This document shows, in pieces, positions 29,574-37,495 of a stretch of 64,000 nt of DNA. The position numbers and the translations under genes were made by a program. Below the pieces are notes generated by a model. That model had not been told where the DNA came from, searched no databases, and saw nothing but the letters and a program-made list of their open reading frames with translations. Location: assembly GCA_965228735.1 (NCBI GenBank), contig OZ245838.1, forward strand, positions 6,112,001 to 6,176,000, in the 5' to 3' direction. Every line of letters begins with the position of its first letter. The first letter of the stretch is position 1. Origin of the DNA: Planctomycetota bacterium (GTDB lineage: Bacteria; Planctomycetota; UBA1135; UBA2386).

Positions 29574-29717
29574 CTCGCGGGTGTTCTGGCTCCCGATTCG
29601 TCCTACTGGCTCACCTTCCCAGGGCCGCCGACGCGGCGGTCCCAGTGGCATTTCGAGCGGTCGTCCTCGGTGACAGCTGCGGGACAGCGCCGGATTCACA
29701 CCGGACTTCCCCGCGAG
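29574..29717 (-). promoter_or_regulatory. Cobalamin (B12) riboswitch
   Basis: Minus strand reads GGGAAGTCCGGTGTGAATCCGGCGCTGTCCCGCAGCTGT...GCCACTGGG...CTGGGAAGG...GAGCCAGAACACC (B12 box); closing helix CTCGCGGG/CCCGCGAG. Confidence 0.93.
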
Positions 29718-29727
29718 AGGCGCCCGC

Positions 29728-29756
29728 ATGCTGCGCGAACGGGCTGTCCTGGTCAA
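29728..29756 (-). promoter_or_regulatory. Candidate sigma70-type promoter for the riboswitch transcript
   Basis: TTGACC-N17-CAGCAT on the minus strand, 10 nt upstream of the riboswitch closing helix. Confidence 0.45.
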
Positions 29757-29987
29757 GGCGGAGCCTCGTTCCGGCGCGATTGTGCCGGCAGCGGCCCGGA
29801 ATCCGCCCCTGGCGGCAAACGGGGGTTGTCAGAGGCCGGTCGCGGGCCCAAAACCTCAGTCGGCGCCGGCGAGCCGTTCGCCGCGCCTCTGTCCCAGATC
29901 CATGCGCCCAGACCGACGTTCTGAAGGCGTTCCCTGACCCGTGGCTCCCATTCCGTGGCCCAGATTGTCGATGGGCCCCGAACATCC

Positions 29988-30704
29988 ATGGCCCAGACGC
30001 TGCTAGCCGAGATCCGAAACCTGGCCGCCGCCAAGGGCTTCAATCTCGTCGGGGTCGTCGACGCCGAGCGCTTCGACGCCTGTCAGTCGCCGGGGCGCCG
30101 AATCGGCGAACTCATGGCGCGCTGTGACACGGCGGTTGTGGTCGGGTCGAGCGGCGTCAAGCTCGACGACCACACCGTGCAACTCGGGCTCGAATGTCTG
30201 GTCGCGCGGTTGCAGGAGGCGAGTCGGCGCGTGCGCGCGATCGGGTGTAGCCGGCACAAGCTCAGTTTCGCGCGGCTCGCGGACGCGGCTGGCTTCGGCA
30301 CCGTGTCCCCCGTTACCGGCATGCTGCTGCACCCCGAGTTCGGCCCGTGGGTGCGCGTGCACGACGTGCTGTTGCTCGAGGGGCGACCGTTCGGCCAGGT
30401 GCACGATGCATCGATCTCGGACCAGTTCCAGCCGTGCTGCAAGTGCGACGGCCAGCCGTGCCTCGAGCCGCGGCCGGCTACCGATCCGGCCCAGTTGGAT
30501 CCGGCCCAGTTGGATCCGGCCCAGTTGGATCCGGCCCAGTTCGATCCAGCCATGGGTTGCCCGGTCGGCGCGAAGCACAAGGCGACCGACGCGGCGCTGC
30601 AGTGGCCGGCGCCGGTGCCGATGTCGAAGGTGACGCGCGTCGCGTTCAACGCGCTGCGGCTCGTGCCGCAGCGGTTCATGGCGTTGCGGTTCTTCCGCCG
30701 CTGA
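29988..30704 (+). CDS. CblC(MMACHC)/QueG-like protein with degenerate Fe-S region
   Basis: GFNLVGVVD, AAGFGTVSP-TGMLLHPEFGPW, PCCKCDGQPCL...GCPVG. Confidence 0.65.
   Translation: MAQTLLAEIRNLAAAKGFNLVGVVDAERFDACQSPGRRIGELMARCDTAVVVGSSGVKLDDHTVQLGLECLVARLQEASRRVRAIGCSRHKLSFARLADAAGFGTVSPVTGMLLHPEFGPWVRVHDVLLLEGRPFGQVHDASISDQFQPCCKCDGQPCLEPRPATDPAQLDPAQLDPAQLDPAQFDPAMGCPVGAKHKATDAALQWPAPVPMSKVTRVAFNALRLVPQRFMALRFFRR
30483..30551 (+). repeat. In-frame 15-bp tandem repeat (GATCCGGCCCAGTTG, ~4.6 copies, encoding DPAQL)
   Basis: Directly visible: three perfect copies, one with 1 mismatch, one partial. Confidence 0.95.
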
Positions 30705-30725
30705 CGGCACGCCACTCGCCGAGCG

Positions 30726-32558
30726 TTACTTGCCGAGCTGACCGTTGAGCTGACGGGCGCCGTCGACCGCGGCGCGCAGGCCCGGGGCGTTCAACCCTTC
30801 GACCTCGACGAGCGCCGCGAGGTCGTCCCAGCCGAAGTCGCCGAGGTGCTTGCTCGAGCGCAGCAGCATGCCGAACGCCGCGGCGGCGGTCGCGACGTTG
30901 AAGTCGCGAGAGGCCGCGCCACCGGCGCCCGTGCCGAGCGCGAAGCTCGTCTCGCGCGCCGTGTCGCCGTGCGGCGGCTTGTAGCGCAGCCGCAGCGTCG
31001 CCGGGCCGCGACCGGGCTCGGGGTCGTTGCTGGTCGTCGGCATCGCCTCGGGGTCCGCACCGGGCACCGCGCGACCGGCCGGCACGAGCTCGTAGAGCGC
31101 GGTCAGGCTGTGGCCCGCACCGATCTCGCCCGCGTCCTTCTTGTCGTCGCGGAAGTCCTTCGCTGCCATCACGCGGTTCTCGTAGCCGATCAGGCGGTAG
31201 CCCGCGACGCGGCTCGGGTCGAACTCGACCTGCAGCTTGACGTCCTTCGCGACCGTCATCATCGACGCACCGAACTGTTCGACGAGCACGCGCCGCGCCT
31301 CGGTCAGCGTGTCGAGGTAGGCGTAGACGCCGTTGCCCTTGTTGGCGAGACGCTCGAGGCTGTCGTCCTTGAGGTTGCCGCCGCCGACGCCGAGCACCGT
31401 GAGGAACACGCCCGCGTCGCGCTTCTCCGCGATGAACGTCTCGAGCGCGTCCGCGCCGCGGATGCCGACGTTGAAGTCGCCGTCGGTGCACAGGATCACG
31501 CGGCTGATGCCGGCGCCCTTCTGGTTGCTCTGCGCGATCTCGTAGGCGCGCTGGATGCCGCCCGCGCCGTTCGTGCCGCCGCCCGTCCTGAGGTTGGTCA
31601 ACGCGAGGTGGATCTTGTCGTGCTCGTCACCGTTCGTCGCTTCGAGCGGCACGTGCACGCCCGCGGCGTAGGAGACGATCGCGACGGAGTCCTGCGGCCG
31701 CAGCTGGTCGACGAGCAGGCCCATCGCGCGCTTCACGAGCGGCAGCTTGTTCGCGCTGCGCATCGAGCCCGACACGTCGACGAGGAACACGAGGTTGCAC
31801 GGCGGCACCTTCGCGGCGTCGATCTCGCGCGTCTTGAGCGCGACCCGCATGAGTTCGTGGTCCGCGGCCCACGGGCACGGCCCGACCTCGCTGTGCACCG
31901 CGAACGCGTCGTTGCCCTGCGGCTCCGGGTCGCCGTAGTCCATCGCGTTGATGAACTCCTCGATGCGCACCGCGTCCTGGTTCGGCAGGCGACCTTCGTT
32001 GAGCATGCGGCGAACGTTGGACCACGACGCCGTGTCGACGTCGGCCGCGAACGTCGACAGTGGGTTCCTGCCCGTGACGTAGAAGCCGCTCTCGGTGATC
32101 GCCGCGTACGACTCGGAGTCCGGCTCGCGCAACATCTTGGACTCGGCGAGCGAGAGGCTCCGGCGTGCTCGCCGGCCGCCGATCTTGCCGCCGGCGCCGC
32201 CGCCGAGCCCGACCGCGGAATTCCACTGGTTGGAGTCGAACGCGGACTCCTTCTTCCGGGCCGGCATCTCGGCCTCGACCGACCGGTCGACCTCCATCTC
32301 CTCGAGGACGAACTCGCTCGTCGCCGGGGTATCGACCCTCGCGACTTCGGCCGGATTCGCGGCCGGAGCTGGTTGTGCGTCCTGCTGGGGTTTCTCTTGG
32401 GGTTCTGGCGCGGTCGTCCCGCCGTCCGCGACGGGCGGCGTGACGCCGGAGTCGTCCGTGGGGGAGCTGTTGCAGCCCGAGAGGAGGAACAGGGCCGAGC
32501 CGGCCAGCGCGGAGCCGGCCAGCGCGGCGGTGAACGACAGGGGACGTGGTTGCCTCAT
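30726..32558 (-). CDS. YfbK-like von Willebrand factor A domain lipoprotein (vWF_A + VWA + DUF3520-like)
   Basis: Lipobox LSGC, PLSTFAADVDTASW, VRIEEFIN, MIDAS DVSGS, TDGDFNVG, YRLIGYENR, DAGEIGAGH. Confidence 0.9.
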   Translation of the reverse strand: MRQPRPLSFTAALAGSALAGSALFLLSGCNSSPTDDSGVTPPVADGGTTAPEPQEKPQQDAQPAPAANPAEVARVDTPATSEFVLEEMEVDRSVEAEMPARKKESAFDSNQWNSAVGLGGGAGGKIGGRRARRSLSLAESKMLREPDSESYAAITESGFYVTGRNPLSTFAADVDTASWSNVRRMLNEGRLPNQDAVRIEEFINAMDYGDPEPQGNDAFAVHSEVGPCPWAADHELMRVALKTREIDAAKVPPCNLVFLVDVSGSMRSANKLPLVKRAMGLLVDQLRPQDSVAIVSYAAGVHVPLEATNGDEHDKIHLALTNLRTGGGTNGAGGIQRAYEIAQSNQKGAGISRVILCTDGDFNVGIRGADALETFIAEKRDAGVFLTVLGVGGGNLKDDSLERLANKGNGVYAYLDTLTEARRVLVEQFGASMMTVAKDVKLQVEFDPSRVAGYRLIGYENRVMAAKDFRDDKKDAGEIGAGHSLTALYELVPAGRAVPGADPEAMPTTSNDPEPGRGPATLRLRYKPPHGDTARETSFALGTGAGGAASRDFNVATAAAAFGMLLRSSKHLGDFGWDDLAALVEVEGLNAPGLRAAVDGARQLNGQLGK

Positions 32559-32569
32559 GGCGACCGGGA

Positions 32570-32593
32570 AACGCAGGCCCGCGGGTCTGGTTC
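32570..32593 (-). promoter_or_regulatory. Candidate ECF-type promoter GAAC-N16-CGTT
   Basis: On the minus strand, 11 nt before the vWA gene ATG. Confidence 0.4.
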
Positions 32594-32634
32594 GCGGGTT
32601 TTCCGCGTTCGCGTTCCGCTGGCCGCGATGGGCC

Positions 32635-34113
32635 TCAGAGGTGGATCGTCACGGGGTGGGACAGCGAGAAGCCGATGTTGTTCGCCGCGGCCCAGGTCAC
32701 GGTGAACGGAATGTTGGTGCCGCTGAACCCCGGCGGGATCGCCCACTCGCAGCGTTCGGGGTGGCCGTCGAACTGGAAGAACGGGCTCGCGGGATCCGGT
32801 CGGCCGACGAACCCGAGGGTCACGTAGGGGCCGACCTGCGGCGGGCCGATCGTGACCGCGCACGCGGCGACGCCGGGAACCGGGTTGAATGGCGGCGGCC
32901 AGCCCGTCATGTGACTCACGAGGAACTCGGTGTTGCTCGCGACGTCGAACAGCCGCGTCACGGACTGCCCGAGGTTGGTCGGCGCCGATGGCAGGAGCGG
33001 TTGCTGCGGTTCGCCGATCAGGCGGTAGAGCTGCAGCGACGCGGGGATCGCGGGCGCGCCCGGGTCGAGTGCGCAGATGCCGTCGAGGTCGTCGGGCGCC
33101 GCACCGACGCCGAGCGCCGTCGACACGGGACCGCCGCCGGCCGGCATGCGGTACTCGGTGTTGGTGCCCGAACCGAGGATCGACCAGAGCAGCGGCGGCA
33201 GCAGCGGCGAGGTCAGCGGGTCGCAGCTGAACAGCACCTCACCGCGAACGATGTCGACGGCGATCGCGTCGATGTCGTCCATGGCGGACAGGCCGAACGC
33301 GGCCGGCGGATACGCGACGACGACCGGGTCCCAGCCGCCGGCGCCGCCGCCGAGCGCCGGGTTCCACGTCGTCGAGAAGATCGTCGCGCCGCTCTGCAGG
33401 GCGGGGCCGGCCCACGCGGCCGGGATCGAACCGGCAGTCGCGTCGCTGACGCTGAAGTAGCAGGTCGGCGGCGGCAGCGTCGCCGCGAACTGCGGGTTGT
33501 CACGATAGACGAGGCCGATGAACAGGTCGTGTGCGTCGAGGTTGCCGATCGTTGCAGGCGGCGTGAACACGGAGATCTCGGTCGCATCGCGCGCGCGCTG
33601 CGGGATGCCGACGATCGCGGGCGGCAGCGCGCTGCCCGGCAGGATGTAGCTGAACACGTCGCCGGCCGCGCCGCTGGGCGTCGCGGCTTCCATCGCGACG
33701 AGCGAACCCGGCAAGCCGACGGTCGCGCGGCTCACGGTGTAGGTCAACGCGGCCCAGTTGCCGGGCGGCACCGTCATCGTGCCCGCCTGATCGCTCACGA
33801 CCCAGTCGAGGCCGATCGACAGCGCGTCGACCTCGAGCGCGGCCGGAATCGGCAGCGCCGCAAAGTCGGCGATGCCGGGCGGCGGCACGAACGGCGCGGG
33901 GAACGTCGCGTCGAAGCCCGTGCTGGCCGCGATGACGGTCGCGCCCGTGACCGGCTGGATGGCGGCCGTCGGGCCGTCGACCGAGAACCCCTGACTGACT
34001 CCCGTGAGCGGGCCGCTGGACTGCGCCGTCACCGAGCCGGCGCCCAGCAGGAGCACCCCGAGCAGCAGGAACGGTCCTGGCCGGGAGCGGGAGATGGTCG
34101 GGTCGGTGGTCAT
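32635..34113 (-). CDS. Secreted hypothetical protein
   Basis: Signal peptide ending VTA-QS; repeated (E/D)(V/I/L)D(A/G) motifs; directly downstream of the ECF-kinase pair. Confidence 0.78.
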   Translation of the reverse strand: MTTDPTISRSRPGPFLLLGVLLLGAGSVTAQSSGPLTGVSQGFSVDGPTAAIQPVTGATVIAASTGFDATFPAPFVPPPGIADFAALPIPAALEVDALSIGLDWVVSDQAGTMTVPPGNWAALTYTVSRATVGLPGSLVAMEAATPSGAAGDVFSYILPGSALPPAIVGIPQRARDATEISVFTPPATIGNLDAHDLFIGLVYRDNPQFAATLPPPTCYFSVSDATAGSIPAAWAGPALQSGATIFSTTWNPALGGGAGGWDPVVVAYPPAAFGLSAMDDIDAIAVDIVRGEVLFSCDPLTSPLLPPLLWSILGSGTNTEYRMPAGGGPVSTALGVGAAPDDLDGICALDPGAPAIPASLQLYRLIGEPQQPLLPSAPTNLGQSVTRLFDVASNTEFLVSHMTGWPPPFNPVPGVAACAVTIGPPQVGPYVTLGFVGRPDPASPFFQFDGHPERCEWAIPPGFSGTNIPFTVTWAAANNIGFSLSHPVTIHL

Positions 34114-34135
34114 GGCGGGCCTCGTCGAGAGCAGT

Positions 34136-34174
34136 GGATTCGTGCTGGGGATTCGTGCTGGGGATTCGGGCAGC
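34136..34174. repeat. 13-bp tandem repeat GGATTCGTGCTGG (two perfect copies plus one degenerate)
   Basis: Directly visible in the gap between the kinase and the secreted-protein gene. Confidence 0.8.
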
Positions 34175-34188
34175 GGGATGCAGGGCGG

Positions 34189-36747
34189 TCAGCGGCGTTG
34201 CTTCTGGGTCGCGCGCAGGGCGTCGCGATGCTTCAGGATGTCCTTCTTGCCGGGCGCGAGCTGCGCCGCGATCTCGAGCAGGAAGAGCCGCACCTCGTCG
34301 CGCAGCAGGTCGTCGAACGGCAGCCCCTCGAGCAGCTTCACGAGGTTGCTGAGCTGCTGCGGGTTGGTCGCGTCGCGGCGCAGGCGCAGCATGTGCACGA
34401 TCGCCGCGATGCGCCGGTCTTCGTGGGCGAGCGCTTTGGCGTAGCTGATCGCCGCCGGGATCGCGGCGGGTCGCGGGTGGCGCGTCACGGCGGGCGGTTC
34501 GGCCGCGACTACTGCGGCTTCGAAGTGCGCGAGCGCGTTCTCGGCGTGGGCGATGCGCGCGGCGTCGTCCGCGCCCGCGAGGATCGCGCGTTCGAGATCG
34601 ACGTTGCCGAGCTCGTGTTCGCGGTAGGCGACGTCCGTCATCTCGGCGAGCGTCGCCTCGGCCAGTTCGCGGTCGCCGAGCGCGCGCTGGGCCTGCGCGA
34701 GGTTGGCGCGGCTGTTCGCGAACCACGGGCGGAACGACACGGCCCGTTCGAGTGCCGTGCGCGCCGCCTCGAGCTCGCCCGAGCGCAGCAGCGCGAGCCC
34801 GAGGTTGTTCCACGGCCCGTGGCGGTCGGGTCGCAGTTCGAGCGAGCGGCGGCAGAGCGGGACGGCGCGTTCGTAGTCGCGGCGCATGAGGCTCGCGACG
34901 GCGCGGATGTGCAGCGTGCGCGCGGTCTCGAAGCCGTAGTGGCCCTCGAGCCACGCGGCTTCGCTCAGCAGCTCGTCCGGGTCGGGGCGCCGCTGCCCCG
35001 CGAGCGCCAGCAAACGAAGATCGCGCGCGGGCACGAACCCGTCGTCGCAGCGCGCGAGCAGTTCGGCGGCGCGAGCGAAGTCCCAGGCGCGCAGCGCGTG
35101 GAAGCCTGCGACGAAGAAGTCGGGGCCCGTCGTCGGCTCGGGCAGTCCCGTCAGGTCGATGCTCGTCGGCGTCGTCGCTTCGTCGGCCATGGCTGTGGCC
35201 TCGTAGCGTTCGGCAACGGCGAGCAGATAGGGACTGTCGGCGAGACGCTGCACCTGCCGGAAGTCGTCGGCAGCGCCCGCGCGATCGCCGCCGTCCAGGC
35301 GCTCGGCCGCGCGCATGAGCCGCACGTAGAGGTCGGTCGCGTCGAGTTCGAGCAGGCGGTCGAGCTCGGAGGTCACGCGCTCGCGTTCTCCGATCGGCAC
35401 GAGCGGCCGCAGATCGGGCCAGCCTTCGAGCGCGAGGTCACCGGGCAGGCGCGCGAAGATGCGGCCGGCTTCTGCGTCCTGCTCGCGCGCCTCGACCGTG
35501 GCCCAGAGCGGCAGCAACACGCTGAACGTCACGACGAGGAGGGCGGCGAGCAGCACCGACCCGGTGCGGGCCGGCTGTCGGCGGCAGCTGCGCAGGAACC
35601 GCCGGGTGCCGCTGATGGGTCGCGCCTGCACGGGGCGATGTTCGAGGAACGCGCGGACGTCGTTCCCGAGCTGCGCGACGTCGGGGTAGCGGCGCGTGAG
35701 GTCGTGCTCGAGTCCGTGATCGAGGATGGCCGCGAGATCGCGCGGCAGGCCGCGGTGCAGCCACGCGGCGGGGGTCGGATCGCTCGTCCGCACGGCGACG
35801 AGGACGGTCTGCAGGTCGCCTTCGTGCGGCGGCTGCAGCGTGAGCAGGTGATAGAGCGTCGCCGTCAGGCCGTAGACGTCGAGCGACGGGCGCGGTTCGG
35901 CCCGACCGCTCGCCTGCTCGGGCGCCATGTAGCACGGCGTGCCGACGATCGCGTGCGGCAACGTCATCGCGGCGTCGCCCTCGCGCGCGGCGATGCCGAA
36001 GTCGAGCAGCACCGCGGTGCCGTCCAGGCGGATGAACACGTTCGACGGTTTGATGTCGCGGTGGTAGACGCCGGCCGCGTGCGCGGCCTGCAGCCCGCGC
36101 GCGAGCTGCTCGATCCACACGACGATCTGACGCAGGTACGACGACTCGAGTTCGGCGTCGGGCAGCAGCTCGCGCAGCCAGTCGGTGGCGCGGAACGTCG
36201 CGCTGCTGGGTCCGCCCGTCGCGCCCATCGCGGCGTGCGAACGTTCGAGGATCGTCTGCAGGCTCACGCCGTCGAGCAGCTCCGTGACGAGGAACGGCGC
36301 ACCGTCTGCGGCCGTTCCCTGGTCGTAGATCCGCACGATGTGGCGGTGTTCGTGTTGCGCGAGCACCTCGGCCTCACGGCGGAAGCGGGCTTCGACCTCG
36401 GGCGCGCTGAACAGGCCGTGATGCAGCAGCTTGACGGCGACGTCGCGGCCGAGCCGTTCGTCGTGCGCGCGAAACACCATGCCGACGGCGCCTTGGCCGA
36501 TGCACTCGACGAGGCGGTAGCGCTCCGCGAGCACGCGCCCGCGCGGATCGTCGACGGGTGCGGCCGGGCCGGCGGCGCGGTCGTGCAGACCCGCGAGATC
36601 GGACCGCAGTCCGAGCGCGTCGCGCACGAGCGGCAGGACGTGCGGATGCGCCGCGCACAGCGCGTCGACGTCGACGGGTTCGCCCGCAGCCCGCAGCTCG
36701 AGTGCGCGCGCGAGATGCTCGGCGACGAGATCTTCGTCGGCGCTCAC
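34189..36747 (-). CDS. Hanks-type Ser/Thr protein kinase with TM segment and C-terminal TPR-like repeats
   Basis: IGQGAVGMV, VAVK, HRDIKPSN, DFG, GTPCYMAPEQ; TPR-like WNNLGLAL. Confidence 0.93.
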   Translation of the reverse strand: MSADEDLVAEHLARALELRAAGEPVDVDALCAAHPHVLPLVRDALGLRSDLAGLHDRAAGPAAPVDDPRGRVLAERYRLVECIGQGAVGMVFRAHDERLGRDVAVKLLHHGLFSAPEVEARFRREAEVLAQHEHRHIVRIYDQGTAADGAPFLVTELLDGVSLQTILERSHAAMGATGGPSSATFRATDWLRELLPDAELESSYLRQIVVWIEQLARGLQAAHAAGVYHRDIKPSNVFIRLDGTAVLLDFGIAAREGDAAMTLPHAIVGTPCYMAPEQASGRAEPRPSLDVYGLTATLYHLLTLQPPHEGDLQTVLVAVRTSDPTPAAWLHRGLPRDLAAILDHGLEHDLTRRYPDVAQLGNDVRAFLEHRPVQARPISGTRRFLRSCRRQPARTGSVLLAALLVVTFSVLLPLWATVEAREQDAEAGRIFARLPGDLALEGWPDLRPLVPIGERERVTSELDRLLELDATDLYVRLMRAAERLDGGDRAGAADDFRQVQRLADSPYLLAVAERYEATAMADEATTPTSIDLTGLPEPTTGPDFFVAGFHALRAWDFARAAELLARCDDGFVPARDLRLLALAGQRRPDPDELLSEAAWLEGHYGFETARTLHIRAVASLMRRDYERAVPLCRRSLELRPDRHGPWNNLGLALLRSGELEAARTALERAVSFRPWFANSRANLAQAQRALGDRELAEATLAEMTDVAYREHELGNVDLERAILAGADDAARIAHAENALAHFEAAVVAAEPPAVTRHPRPAAIPAAISYAKALAHEDRRIAAIVHMLRLRRDATNPQQLSNLVKLLEGLPFDDLLRDEVRLFLLEIAAQLAPGKKDILKHRDALRATQKQRR

Positions 36748-37358
36748 TGCGGGCCTCCGGCGAGCCCGCGTTGCCGCAGCCGCAGCAGGAGCCGTGCCTC
36801 GGCGGTGTGGAACGCCTTCCGCGCCGCGTCGGGCGACGGGTAGGCCAGCCGTTCGGCGAGCTCCGCGAACTCGGTCTGGTCCTCGAGCCGCAGCGCGAGC
36901 AGCGCGCGTTCGCGTTCGCCGAACGTGGCCAGCACTTCGCGGTAGATCTCGATCTCCTCCTGGTTGGAGGCGAGCGTGCCGGGGCCATGTTGGCCGGAGG
37001 CGGCGCCGACCGTCACGGGCCCAGCACTGCCCTCGCGGCGGACGTCGCGGCGCGCGGCCTGGCTGCGGCGCACCTGGTCGATGACCCGGTGCTCGACGAG
37101 CGTCGCGAGCAGCGCCATGAACGCGGCTTCACTGTCGCCGTCCCAGCGGTCGAGCCCGCGCAGGACCTCGACGAACACCTCCTGCACGAAGTCGCCCGTG
37201 CTGAGTTGGCGCAGGACCGCGTGCTGCTGCGGTCGCAGGCGCGACTGCAGCTGCCGGTGCACCATCGCGGCGACCCGCTCGTAGTAGCGGGCGACGAGCT
37301 CGCTGCGAGCCTGGGCATCACCGGCCCGCGCCTGTTCGAGTAGCGCGACGAGGTCCAT
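36744..37358 (-). CDS. ECF RNA polymerase sigma factor
   Basis: ARAGD...LVARY, DFVQEVF, region-4 HTH; GTGA overlap with the kinase. Confidence 0.88.
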   Translation of the reverse strand: MDLVALLEQARAGDAQARSELVARYYERVAAMVHRQLQSRLRPQQHAVLRQLSTGDFVQEVFVEVLRGLDRWDGDSEAAFMALLATLVEHRVIDQVRRSQAARRDVRREGSAGPVTVGAASGQHGPGTLASNQEEIEIYREVLATFGERERALLALRLEDQTEFAELAERLAYPSPDAARKAFHTAEARLLLRLRQRGLAGGPQ

Positions 37359-37495
37359 GCAGACCAGTATCGGGCCCGTGGGGCTCGAAGGGCAGGGGGG
37401 AGGCGGGAGTACGGCGGTAGTGGTCACGTTCTCCTGACCGGCAGGGCCTGGAGCCAGCGGAACGATTCTCGTGAGAATTGTGGCATGCTGCTGCC

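Noticed and set aside
30483..30551. Tandem repeat as a CRISPR array (also 43162-43242)
   Set aside because: Units are contiguous with no unique spacers, too short, and there are no cas genes
32095..36843. 1582-aa plus-strand ORF, and similar long ORFs (22957..26592, 15959..18673, 38832..41525, 39931..42849, 50356..52764)
   Set aside because: Antisense or off-frame shadows of well-supported genes; Arg/Ala/Gly-rich with no motifs, as expected in very GC-rich DNA
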